Of a stretch of DNA of 51,148 nt, positions 16,297 to 26,056 are shown piece by piece; the stretch's first letter is position 1; every line of letters begins with the position of its first letter. Under the pieces are notes generated by a model. It did not search any database and was not told where the DNA came from. It saw nothing but the letters and a program-made list of their open reading frames with translations. The DNA is from Candidatus Nomurabacteria bacterium RIFCSPLOWO2_01_FULL_42_20 (GTDB lineage Bacteria > Patescibacteriota > Minisyncoccia > Phycocordibacterales > CAZVEC01), in NCBI GenBank assembly GCA_001785965.1, contig MFVF01000030.1, positions 1 to 51,148 of the forward strand, given 5' to 3'. The translations under genes were made by a program, and so were the position numbers.

Positions 16297-17483
16297 TTAA
16301 AAAGGGTAAAGTTAATTTAGGCTTAAAACACATTCTTGTGGCTGCCGTGCCTTTTTTATTTATCTTCGCCGGCCTGGCCGCCACTCCCAAATTTGCTTCC
16401 GTAAATTACCAAGCGCCGGAACTGCCGCCGGAGGTAGCAGAGAATAATTTAGCGGAGTTGCCTTTACTTCCAGAAAAGCCAAAAATAATAATCACGCACA
16501 TCCAAACGCCGGAGGCAGTCAAGGGCGTTTATATGACGAGCTATGCCGCCGGCACTGCTTCTTTTCGAGAGAGGATTTTCGGATTGCTGAAAGAGACGGA
16601 ACTAAATTCCATTATCATCGATATTACCGATTACTCCGGCCGCATTTCGTTCCGAGTGCAAGATCCGCTTCTAGTAAAGTTCGGCGCCTCCGAGAATCGT
16701 ATTCCGGATATTGTCGAATTCATAGCAACCCTGCACGAGATGAATGTCTATGTCATTGGCCGAATCACTGTTTTCCAAAATCCGTATATTGCGAAAGCCA
16801 ATCCGAAATGGGCTGTCAAAAAGAAAACAGATCAGAATCAAATCTGGAAAGATAAAAAAGGCCTTAATTTCATCGATCCGGGCGCGCAAGAATATTGGGA
16901 CTATATTGTCGCCCTAAGCCGCGAGTCCTACGGCCTCGGCTTCGACGAATTTAATTACGACTATATTCGTTTTCCATCGGACGGCGACATGAAAGATATT
17001 TATTATCCGTGGAGCCACGACCGAATCAAGGCTGACGTTCTGGAAGAATTTTTTGCTTACTTAAGTGAACAGCTCCGGCCGGAAGGGATTATCACGTCGG
17101 CCGATCTCTTCGGCATGACGATGACTAATGTTGACGACCTTAATATCGGGCAGATTCTTGAAAGAACCGCGCCTCACTTTGATTTTATTGCGCCGATGGT
17201 CTATCCGTCTCATTGGCCGAAGGGCTGGAACGGTTTCAGTAGTCCGGCTACCATGCCTTATGAAGTTGTTAAAATATCCCTGGAAAAGGGAGCCGAACGC
17301 CTGCGGGCGATGGGCGAGGATCCGCTCAAACTAAGGCCGTGGATCCAAGATTTCAATCTCGGCGCGACTTATACGGCCGCCATGGTTCGAAAGCAAATCG
17401 AGGCTACTTATGACGCTGGCCTGACTTCTTGGATGCTTTGGGATCCTAAAAATATATATACCAAAGCCGCTTTGGAAAATTGA
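16293..17483 (+). CDS. Putative glycoside hydrolase (DUF4015-like)
   Basis: GVYMT, GRITVF, GFDEFNYDYIRFP, PMVYPSH, RPWIQDF. Confidence 0.8.
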   Translation: MIKKGKVNLGLKHILVAAVPFLFIFAGLAATPKFASVNYQAPELPPEVAENNLAELPLLPEKPKIIITHIQTPEAVKGVYMTSYAAGTASFRERIFGLLKETELNSIIIDITDYSGRISFRVQDPLLVKFGASENRIPDIVEFIATLHEMNVYVIGRITVFQNPYIAKANPKWAVKKKTDQNQIWKDKKGLNFIDPGAQEYWDYIVALSRESYGLGFDEFNYDYIRFPSDGDMKDIYYPWSHDRIKADVLEEFFAYLSEQLRPEGIITSADLFGMTMTNVDDLNIGQILERTAPHFDFIAPMVYPSHWPKGWNGFSSPATMPYEVVKISLEKGAERLRAMGEDPLKLRPWIQDFNLGATYTAAMVRKQIEATYDAGLTSWMLWDPKNIYTKAALEN

Positions 17484-17515
17484 CTATAAAAAATCTTTGT
17501 GTTAATTTAACTAAA

Positions 17516-18739
17516 ATGACTTCTCAATATAAATTCTCAAAAAAATATCTTATTTTCATAGGGGTCGTACTCGTCGCCACGGCTTTCGCCTTAGGCTTCC
17601 AGCTTGGAGCCCAAAATAATCAGCATACGGCGGCGGCCTACCTCTTGAACAAAAGCGTGCCTCTCGCAATAGAAGAAGGAGGCGTTGATTTCGCCCCATT
17701 TTGGAAGGTCTGGAATATTATAGACGAGAAGTATCCCAACGGCCGGGAAGTGGCCGATCAAGATAGAGTTTGGGGAGCAATTTCCGGACTGGCCGGGTCG
17801 TTAAATGACCCCTACACAACCTTCTTTCCGCCCCAGGAAGCAAAAATGTTTAAAGAAAGCATCAGCGGCGAATTTGGCGGAGTCGGCATGGAAGTCGGCA
17901 TTAAGGACAAGGTTCTAACCGTTATCGCCCCGCTTAAAGACACTCCGGCCTATCGGGCCGGCATCAAGTCCGGAGACAAAATTCTAAAAATAGACGAAAC
18001 GGCGACAAATAATCTTTCTATCGATAAGGCCGTCTCGCTGATTCGCGGAGAGCCGGGCACTAAAGTCAAATTGACAATTTTTAGAGAAGGGGACAGTGAA
18101 CCGAGTGAAATCGAAGTCATTCGCGAGATTATAAAAATTCCGACTTTGGACACGGAGAAAAGACCGGACGGCATATTCGTCATCAGGCTTTATAATTTCT
18201 CAAACCAGTCGCCGCTGCTTTTCCGGGAAGCTTTGCGCGAACTTCTTCGAAGCGGATCGAAAAAATTAATCTTAGATTTGCGCGGCAATCCGGGCGGATT
18301 CCTGGAAGCTTCGATTGATATTGCTTCCTGGTTCTTGCCGATTGGCAAGACTGTAGTTATTGAAGACTTCGGCCAAAAATCACCGGAACATATTTATCGA
18401 AGCAAGGGTTATAACTTAATTGATAATAAGTACAAAGTCATAGTTTTGATTGACGGCGGCTCGGCCTCGGCTTCGGAGATTCTGGCCGGCGCGTTAAAGG
18501 ACAACGCTGTTGCAACGCTTGTCGGTGAAAAGACATTCGGCAAGGGCTCGGTCCAAGAACTTGTTGATGTCACGGCGGAGACATCGCTCAAAATTACTAT
18601 CGCCAAATGGCTGACCCCAAGCAGGATTTCAATTTCCGAACAGGGTCTTGAACCGGACATAGAGGTAAAGATAACCAAAGAAGACATCGAGGCAAAAAAA
18701 GATCCGCAGCTGGAGAAAGCGGTAGAACTATTGAAATAG
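17516..18739 (+). CDS. S41 family C-terminal processing peptidase with PDZ domain
   Basis: DLRGNPGG, SASASEI, GEKTFGKG. Confidence 0.93.
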   Translation: MTSQYKFSKKYLIFIGVVLVATAFALGFQLGAQNNQHTAAAYLLNKSVPLAIEEGGVDFAPFWKVWNIIDEKYPNGREVADQDRVWGAISGLAGSLNDPYTTFFPPQEAKMFKESISGEFGGVGMEVGIKDKVLTVIAPLKDTPAYRAGIKSGDKILKIDETATNNLSIDKAVSLIRGEPGTKVKLTIFREGDSEPSEIEVIREIIKIPTLDTEKRPDGIFVIRLYNFSNQSPLLFREALRELLRSGSKKLILDLRGNPGGFLEASIDIASWFLPIGKTVVIEDFGQKSPEHIYRSKGYNLIDNKYKVIVLIDGGSASASEILAGALKDNAVATLVGEKTFGKGSVQELVDVTAETSLKITIAKWLTPSRISISEQGLEPDIEVKITKEDIEAKKDPQLEKAVELLK

Positions 18740-18741
18740 TT

Positions 18742-19866
18742 ATGTCCGAATATTTAAAAACATGGGTTGAAATTAACAGAAGTGCAATAAAAAAAAATTA
18801 TCGCACTTTTAGAAATATTTTGAGTCCCGGAATCAAGCTAATGGCTGTTGTCAAATCTAACGCTTACGGACATGGATTAGCGCATTTTGCCAAAGAAATC
18901 TCAAAACTTGGCGCAGACTTTTTAGCGGTAGATGATATCGATGAAGCTTTAATTTTAAGGAAAAGCGGAATTAAGAAACCAATTTTAGTTTTCGGCTATG
19001 TGCCGGATTCATTTATTAAAGAAGCAAGCTTGAAAAATATATCGCTCACTATCTCTAATTTTGATTTTTTAAGGAAGATAATCAAAACAAAATTAATAAA
19101 GAAAATAAAAATTCACATTGAAGTCGATACGGGCTTGGGCCGTCAGGGTTTTTTAGGAAAAGATTTGCCTGCTGTATTAGTCTTAATTAAGAAAAGCAAA
19201 AACATCGAAATTGAAGGCTTGTATACGCATTTTGCTATTGCTGAAAATCCAAAGTTTTTTTCTTACACAAAAAAACAAATTGAGAATTTCAAAATCTGGA
19301 TACAAGCTTTTAGACAAAACAGTTTCAAGCCGATTGCTCATTCTTCGGCCAGCGCTGAAACAATGCGAAGCAGCGAATTTCACTTTGATATGGTTCGCGT
19401 AGGCATATCTATGTATGGACTTTTTCCATCCAAAGAAATCAAGAAATATGTTAAAACGAAAATAGAGCTAGAGCCAGTATTGTTCTGGAAAACCATAGTG
19501 AGCGAAATAAAAAAATTACCCAAAGGTCATAATATTGGATATGATCTTACAGAGACTTTAAAAAGGGATTCAATTATCGGTATTTGCCCAATTGGCTATT
19601 GGCATGGTTATCCGAGAGCGCTTTCAGGCAAAGGAGAAGTTTTAGTAAGAGGAAAAAGGGCAAAAGTGCTGGGCAGGGTGTCTATGGATATGATAACTGT
19701 TGATTTAACTGAAATTAAAGGGGCTAAAAGAGGAGATGAGGCAGTTTTAATCGGGCAAAGTAAAAACAAAAGAATAACTGCAGAAGAAGTCGCTAATCAA
19801 GCAGAAACAATTAATTATGAAATTGTGACAAGAATAAATACGGAAATTATGCGAATTTATAAATAA
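18742..19866 (+). CDS. alr: Alanine racemase
   Basis: AVVKSNAYGHG, DTGLGRQG, GRVSMD, TINYEI. Confidence 0.95.
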   Translation: MSEYLKTWVEINRSAIKKNYRTFRNILSPGIKLMAVVKSNAYGHGLAHFAKEISKLGADFLAVDDIDEALILRKSGIKKPILVFGYVPDSFIKEASLKNISLTISNFDFLRKIIKTKLIKKIKIHIEVDTGLGRQGFLGKDLPAVLVLIKKSKNIEIEGLYTHFAIAENPKFFSYTKKQIENFKIWIQAFRQNSFKPIAHSSASAETMRSSEFHFDMVRVGISMYGLFPSKEIKKYVKTKIELEPVLFWKTIVSEIKKLPKGHNIGYDLTETLKRDSIIGICPIGYWHGYPRALSGKGEVLVRGKRAKVLGRVSMDMITVDLTEIKGAKRGDEAVLIGQSKNKRITAEEVANQAETINYEIVTRINTEIMRIYK

Positions 19867-19874
19867 ATATTTTT

Positions 19875-20771
19875 ATGATTAATCCTGAAAAATTTGAAGA
19901 AAAGAGCGATCCTATAAAAAAATTTAATGATTTTAAAATAAAACTTGCAGCAAATTCTTTGTATTTGCCAAACTACAAAGAATTGAAGGAAGCTTTTTCA
20001 CTTTTAGATAGTTCTGATATGGAAAAGTATGATATGGAAACGGCATTGTCCCATTTGTTTGTCGGGAAAGATCTCAAAAACACTCCTTTTGAAATTTGGA
20101 CAAAAGAGTATGTTGAACAACTTAGTTATTATTTAATTGAGAGACTAAAGGCACTAAAAGAAAATGATCCAAATACTCAAAATACTGTTCTGGAAGTTGG
20201 CGCAAGGGATGGCAGATTATCCCATTTCTTAAAAAACATTACTAGAAAAATAAATTCTTTTAAAGATTCTGGTTTAGATTTTGTAGCTACTGATAATCCG
20301 GAAAAATACAAAAAAGACTGGACAATTTTACCAAATATACCATTAGAAAAAATTGATTACAAAGATGCGATTGAGAAGTTTAAACCAACATTAGTAATAT
20401 GTTCATGGATGCCAGAAAATGAAGATTGGACTGAATTTTTCAGATCAAAACCATTTATTAAGGAATATATATTGGTTGGTAATATTGATAAATATGGAGA
20501 TTTTGAAAAAACATGGGGAGGGAGAGAAATTGTTAATTTATTAGGCAAGGCATTTTTAACGACTGCCAATAAAAACATTCCCAATGAAGTCATGGATAAA
20601 ATTAAAAAATTACCATTTTATAAAGATGGTTTTGATTTATATAGTCTCAAAAGATTAGAGAGTTATCAAGTTGATCACTCAACTTATTTTTACACAAAGC
20701 CTTTGGATAAAAGCGAGTGGAAATACAGTTATGCCAGAAGTGTTTCATTTAGGCGTCGAGATATTCAATAA
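19875..20771 (+). CDS. Hypothetical SAM-dependent methyltransferase-like protein
   Basis: VLEVGARDGRL motif I-like, ATD, CSWMP; AT-rich. Confidence 0.55.
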   Translation: MINPEKFEEKSDPIKKFNDFKIKLAANSLYLPNYKELKEAFSLLDSSDMEKYDMETALSHLFVGKDLKNTPFEIWTKEYVEQLSYYLIERLKALKENDPNTQNTVLEVGARDGRLSHFLKNITRKINSFKDSGLDFVATDNPEKYKKDWTILPNIPLEKIDYKDAIEKFKPTLVICSWMPENEDWTEFFRSKPFIKEYILVGNIDKYGDFEKTWGGREIVNLLGKAFLTTANKNIPNEVMDKIKKLPFYKDGFDLYSLKRLESYQVDHSTYFYTKPLDKSEWKYSYARSVSFRRRDIQ

Positions 20772-20842
20772 TTCTTTCAAATGTCATTACTCTAGTTTTG
20801 GTTGAAGATGCATTAAATTAAAAAATATACTACAATTAAACT

Positions 20843-21364
20843 GTGAAAATAATTTTATTAAAAGACGTGCCGAAATTGGGACGAAAATACGATATCAAAG
20901 AAGCCAGCGACGGCTACGCTTTGAATTTTTTGATTCCCAGAAAATTAGCTGAAAGAGCCACTCCAGAAAAAATCGCCCAAATTGATAAATTAAAAAAAGA
21001 AATGCTGATTGCCAAAGAAGCGGGGGAGCAGGAGCTTTTGAAGGCCTTGGGGGCCATCAAAGGTCTAGAATTGATCATGAAAGCCAAAGTTTCCGACCTG
21101 CCTGCTCGCCTCGCTGACTCGCCTCGCTTCGCGGGCGAAGCGGGAGCTCCGGCGAAGCGGGCCGGCAAGGCAGGAAAAGGCCACCTTTTCTCGAGCATCA
21201 AAAAAGAAGATATAATAGAAAAAATGAAAAAAGATTATAACATAAGTCTCTCCGAGGATTCCATAAAAATGGAAAGCATAAAAGAAACAGGGGAGTTTGA
21301 AATACCGGTCGAAGTCAGCGGCAAAAAATCATCCTTCAAATTGATTGTTGAAAAGATTGATTAA
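20843..21364 (+). CDS. rplI: 50S ribosomal protein L9 with a 26-codon palindromic insertion
   Basis: KIILLKDVPKLG..GYALNFLIPRKLA; removing 21097-21174 restores AKVSEKGHLFSSI. Confidence 0.95.
   Translation: MKIILLKDVPKLGRKYDIKEASDGYALNFLIPRKLAERATPEKIAQIDKLKKEMLIAKEAGEQELLKALGAIKGLELIMKAKVSDLPARLADSPRFAGEAGAPAKRAGKAGKGHLFSSIKKEDIIEKMKKDYNISLSEDSIKMESIKETGEFEIPVEVSGKKSSFKLIVEKID
21097..21174. repeat. Triply nested in-frame palindromic insertion in rplI
   Basis: Outer CCTGCCT..AGGCAGG, two inner CTCGCCTCGC..GGCGAAGCGGG units. Confidence 0.85.
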
Positions 21365-21408
21365 CTGCTTGGCTGTGCAGTATCCGATGTTACACATAAT
21401 AATTAAAA

Positions 21409-21450
21409 ATTATTCATTCTAACATTCTATAGAATGTTAGAATGAATAAT
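21409..21450. repeat. 42-bp perfect palindrome (left boundary of the Cys-rich array)
   Basis: ATTATTCATTCTAACATTCTA|TAGAATGTTAGAATGAATAAT. Confidence 0.9.
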
Positions 21451-21478
21451 CGGGCGAAATAAATAAAATAGTAATAAT

Positions 21479-21663
21479 ATGGAAAATAAATCAGAAACAA
21501 AAACACATTCGACAAGCCCCCACACCTTTTTACAAAAAGGTGTGGGGGCAAGCTCAGTGCAGGCCTGCCAAAACTGCAAGCAAAACTTCACGATCGAACC
21601 GGAATCCCAGCACTACATCAATTTATCGAATGCATAAATTGCTGAGTGCGGGATTTCGCTTTC
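21479..21663 (+). pseudogene. N-terminal remnant of a third Cys-rich paralog with two hairpin insertions
   Basis: MENKSETK[ins]ACQNCKQNFTIEPE[47-nt hairpin]DFAF matches the paralog N-termini (CQNC..F.I...DF.F). Confidence 0.75.
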
Positions 21664-21675
21664 AAAGATAAACAT

Positions 21676-23383
21676 ATGGAACAAAGTGAAAATAGAATAT
21701 GTCAAAACTGCCAGACTTCATTTGAGATAGACGCTCAAGATTTTGATTTTTATAAAAAGATCAATGTCCCGCCGCCGACATTTTGCCCGGAGTGCCGGTT
21801 TCAAAGAAGAATCATGTTTAGAAACGAGCGAACTCTTTATCGTAATTCTTGCGGTTTATGCGAGAAACAGATTATAACTATCTTTGATCCAGCTGGAGGC
21901 AAAAAAGTTTATTGTGGTAAATGTTGGTGGAGTGATGGTTGGGATGGCAGAGATTATGGACTTGGGTATAATCCCAATATAAACTTTTTCAAACAGCTTC
22001 GTGAACTTGTTAATAAAACTCCGTACCAATATCTTATTGTTGATTATTCAACTCTTGTGAATAGTGAGTATGTAAACCATGCCGGCAGTCTTAAAAATTG
22101 CTACTTAGTTTTTAACGCAGACCTTTGTGAAAATACTTATTACTCATCGGTAGTGGTAAAAGTTAATGATTCTGCCGACTGCACCATGATGAATAACACG
22201 GAACTTGCTTACGGCTGTATCGGCGGAGATGGGTCACAATTATATTTCTCTGAAAATTGCCCCAAATCTGTTAATGTTTGGTATTCGAAAGATTGCGTGG
22301 GCTGTACTAATTGTTTTGGCTGTGTAAATTTACGCAATAAAAGCTACCATATCTTTAACAAGCCGGTCACCAAAGAAGAATTTGAGAAAAATATTTCTGA
22401 AATGAGGCTCGACCTGCACTCGACACATGTTGCACTGAAGCCAAAAATATATGATTTCTGGAACAAATTTCCGCGAAAATATATGTACGGGCGAATGAAT
22501 AATAATGCAACAGGAGATTATATTTATGAATCTAAAAATGCTCTTGATTGCTATCAGGCGGTTTTTGTAGAAGATAGCCGGTATTGCCAATTCGTCACCA
22601 TGCCAACCACCAGGGATTGCTATGATTTTACCGAGTGGGGACATGGTGTGGAGCGCTGTATTGAGACGATAACAACAGGCGAAGGGGCCTATGAAGTCAA
22701 ATATTGTTCAGGAGTTTGGAGTAATACAAAAAACGTAGAGTATTCTATTTATTCGCCGGGGTGCAATAACTGCTTTGGCTGTGTAAATCTAATAAAAAAA
22801 GAATATTGCATCTTAAACAAGCAGTATTCTAAAGAAGAATTTTTCAAGCTCAAAGAAAAAATTATTTCGGATATAAAAACTAGGCCATATGAAGATTCAA
22901 AGGGGCGTAAGTTTAGTTATGGAGAATTTCTTCCTTATGATCTGTCACCGTTTGATTATAATGAATCATTTGCCCAACAATATTTTCCTCTAACAAAGGA
23001 GGAGACTATTAATAAAGGCTGGCGATATCATAATATTAAAAAACCGGATTATACTCCGACACTTACCACCGATCAGATTCCGGACAGTATTAATGATGTT
23101 AAAGACGACTTTTTGAAAGAAATAATTCCGTGCGTTGAATGTGAAAAACCATTTCGTGTTGTAAAGGGCGAACTAGAGCTGCTTAGACGTTTTAAGATAC
23201 ATGTCCCTCGTTCATGCCCGGATTGCCGTCATATGGGCCGACTCAAAAGAATGAATAAACCAAAATTTAACCACCGAAAATGCCAATGGCGATCACTGTC
23301 CGAACAAATTCGAAACCAGTTATTCTCCCGACCGGCCGGAAATAGTATACTGTGAGAAATGTTATCAGTCGGAAGTGGTGTAA
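21676..23383 (+). pseudogene. Cys-rich multi-zinc-ribbon protein, paralog 1; frameshift near C-terminus
   Basis: ORF to 23355; the conserved tail GDHCPNKFETSYSPDRPEIVYCEKCYQSEVV is in the +1 frame at 23288-23383. Confidence 0.75.
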
Positions 23384-23415
23384 GCGCTTCTCTAATTCGC
23401 ACGAATAGGAGAATA

Positions 23416-25095
23416 ATGGAAAATAAATCGGAAAACAGAATATGTCAGAATTGTAAGACTTCTTTCGTAATTGAGATAGATGATTTTTCATTTTATGAAA
23501 AAATGAATGTGCCGGCACCCGTTTTATGTCCCAATTGCCGTTTCAAACGCCGGGCGATTTGGCGCAATGAAACCACTCTTTACACCGGCCGCAAATGCGC
23601 CAAATGCGGCAAATCAATTGTTTCGATGTATAATCCAAAATCACCTTACACGGTTTATTGTCACGAGTGCTATAATTCCGATTCCTGGGACCCGAGAGAC
23701 TACGCAATGGATTACAACGAATCAAAACCGTTCTTTGAACAATTTGGCGAATTGATTAAAAAAGTTCCTAAGATGACTACTTACATCACCACTGGATTGG
23801 GCCCAAATGTTAATAGTGACTATACTAATACCGCCGGCGGCAATAAGAATTGCTATATGGTTTTTAATAGTGGTTTAAATGAAAATGTTCTGTATTCTCG
23901 CGGCGTTACTTCTTGCAGAGACTCTCTTGATATGTATTTTACAACTGAAATAGAACTCGGCTATGAATTAGTAAATACGCACAAAGCAAGCAAAATAATT
24001 TGGAGCAAGAACAACCCCGCTTGTCTGGACTGCGCTTTTCTTTTAAATTGCAGTGGGTGCACTAATTGCTTCGGCTGTGTAAACTTGCGCAATAAATCTT
24101 ATCATTTCTTCAACCAACCATTGAGTAAAGAGGAATATCAAGACAAGGTTAACAAAATCATGGGAAGCTATAGAGAGATGGAAAAATTCCGGAAAGAATT
24201 TGAGGATTTTTCTCTTCAATTTCCGCGTCGGGAAAATAATAATCTTAAAACCGTCAATTGCGTCGGAGATTATATCACCGAAGGCAAGAATCTTTTTAAC
24301 TGTTTTGAGGTGGCGGAAGCCGAAGATTGCAAAAATATGTTTTCCGCCAAAAAAATAAAAGATTCTTATGATGTTATTGGTCACGGTTATTACAGCGAAC
24401 TTCTTTTAGAGTGTAATGGGACAGGTATTTCAAGTCGGGTTATTGGTTCGTCTAATGTTGAAAATGGTAATAATTTAGAATATTGTTATTTTTTGATGCC
24501 TAACAACAAGTATTGTTTTGGTTGTAATTCTCTGCGAAATGCCGAATATTGTATTTTAAACAAGCAATACACTAAAGAATCCTTCGACAAGCTCAGGACG
24601 AAAATTATTTCGGAATTAAAAGAAAAAAATTTATATGGTCTTTTTATGCCGCCGGAATTATCGCCTTTTGCCTATAACGAAACGGTTGCCCAAGACAACA
24701 TGCCTCTCTCCAAAGAAGAAGCTTTAAAACAAGGCTGGCGCTGGGAAGACAACTTGCAAAAAACCGAAGGCAAAGAAACTCTTAAACCGGAGCAAATTCC
24801 TGATCATATTAAGGATGTGCAAGACGGCATTACCAAAGAGATTTTGGTCTGCATTTCCTGCAACAGGAATTACAAAATTGTGCCGGATGAACTTTTGTTT
24901 TACCGTAAAATGAATTTGCCTTTGCCCCGCAAGTGCTTCAGTTGCCGCCATACCGACCGAATTCGCCGCCGCGGGCCGATGAAATTCTGGACTCGCCATT
25001 GTGCTAAATGCAATAAAATTATTACAACAACTTTTGCTCCCGACCGCCCCGAAATAGTATACTGTGAGAAATGCTATCAGTCAGAAGTTGTTTAA
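23416..25095 (+). CDS. Cys-rich multi-zinc-ribbon protein, paralog 2 (intact)
   Basis: Multiple CxxC, CTNCFGCVNLRNK repeats, tail PDRPEIVYCEKCYQSEVV; homologous to paralog 1 over its full length. Confidence 0.85.
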   Translation: MENKSENRICQNCKTSFVIEIDDFSFYEKMNVPAPVLCPNCRFKRRAIWRNETTLYTGRKCAKCGKSIVSMYNPKSPYTVYCHECYNSDSWDPRDYAMDYNESKPFFEQFGELIKKVPKMTTYITTGLGPNVNSDYTNTAGGNKNCYMVFNSGLNENVLYSRGVTSCRDSLDMYFTTEIELGYELVNTHKASKIIWSKNNPACLDCAFLLNCSGCTNCFGCVNLRNKSYHFFNQPLSKEEYQDKVNKIMGSYREMEKFRKEFEDFSLQFPRRENNNLKTVNCVGDYITEGKNLFNCFEVAEAEDCKNMFSAKKIKDSYDVIGHGYYSELLLECNGTGISSRVIGSSNVENGNNLEYCYFLMPNNKYCFGCNSLRNAEYCILNKQYTKESFDKLRTKIISELKEKNLYGLFMPPELSPFAYNETVAQDNMPLSKEEALKQGWRWEDNLQKTEGKETLKPEQIPDHIKDVQDGITKEILVCISCNRNYKIVPDELLFYRKMNLPLPRKCFSCRHTDRIRRRGPMKFWTRHCAKCNKIITTTFAPDRPEIVYCEKCYQSEVV

Positions 25096-25100
25096 TATAG

Positions 25101-25130
25101 CATTCTAACATTCTATAGAATGTTAGAATG
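25101..25130. repeat. 30-bp perfect palindrome (right boundary of the Cys-rich array)
   Basis: CATTCTAACATTCTATAGAATGTTAGAATG, identical to 21415-21444. Confidence 0.9.
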
Positions 25131-25494
25131 TTATTCAAGCGGAGGTTGTATAATCCAATGAAATTTGATATAGTTAGGCCAATGAAAATTTTGCCCATAT
25201 TTATATTGATTATTTTCGTTTCTATAGCTGTTTTCGGCTTTTTGGCCATGGGCCACCATGATGGCAATTGCACTTTTGATTGCCTGGCTCAATCTTAATA
25301 TGCTCTTCATCCGGAAATCTACACGGCTAAAATAGCAGAAGTTCCTTCATTTTTGGAACCTCAAACCTCTAAAGGCTTTTCTGTTTTTGTCCCTGATCAT
25401 ATCGTCGTGCCCATATAAATTTCTCCTAATAAGTCTTGCTCAAGTCGATGAGTAAGGGTTTTTTATTGTTTATTAAATTAGATTTTAGAAAATT

Positions 25495-26007
25495 ATGAAA
25501 AATAAAAACACAATCATTACAGTTATCGCACTGATAATAATTTTCGGCGGGCTTGTTTATTTCGCCAAGCCGAGCCAGAAACCAAGCGAAAAAGCAAACG
25601 CCGTTTCAGATGAACCTTCTTCTGCGGCGGCTCTTACTGCCGCTGAAACATTCTATAATTTCGGAGAAGTTTCCATGGCGAACGGCAATGTGAATCATGA
25701 ATTCAAGGTTAAAAATAATGCGGCCGGCCCGATTAACGTTGCTAAAATTTACACGTCCTGCATGTGCACAACCGCTTCAATTACAGTAGGAGAGAAAACG
25801 AAAGGACCTTTTGGCATGCCCGGGCACGGCTTGGTGCCAAAAGCCAATATGGAAATTCCGGCTGGAGCGGAAGCTGTAATCACAGCTATATTTGACCCGA
25901 ACGCCCACGGTCCGGCAGGCGTAGGCCGGATTGAAAGGGAAATATATCTTGAAGACGACGCTGGCGCTCAAACAATACTCAAGTTTGAGGCGACGGTCAC
26001 CCCGTAG
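25495..26007 (+). CDS. DUF1573-like Ig-fold exported protein
   Basis: N-terminal TM, YNFG..TSCMCT, FDPNAHGPAG. Confidence 0.7.
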   Translation: MKNKNTIITVIALIIIFGGLVYFAKPSQKPSEKANAVSDEPSSAAALTAAETFYNFGEVSMANGNVNHEFKVKNNAAGPINVAKIYTSCMCTTASITVGEKTKGPFGMPGHGLVPKANMEIPAGAEAVITAIFDPNAHGPAGVGRIEREIYLEDDAGAQTILKFEATVTP

Positions 26008-26056
26008 TAAGACGCGGACTTTCGCTGACTAAACGCGGACTTTCGCAGAAAAAAAT

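Noticed and set aside
24581..24598. CCTTCGACAAGCTCAGGA match to family C as an insertion
   Set aside because: No length difference against paralog 1 at this position (ESFDKLRT versus EEFFKLKE), so insertion cannot be shown.
21676..25095. Diversity-generating retroelement target/template pair
   Set aside because: No reverse transcriptase; tail differences are synonymous rather than adenine-specific.
3785..25130. CRISPR array from recurring ~30-bp palindromes
   Set aside because: Copies are kilobases apart, with no regular spacers and no cas genes.
25182..25298. 38-aa ORF with signal-like N-terminus and HH..C...C
   Set aside because: Possibly a gene remnant, but too short to support a call.
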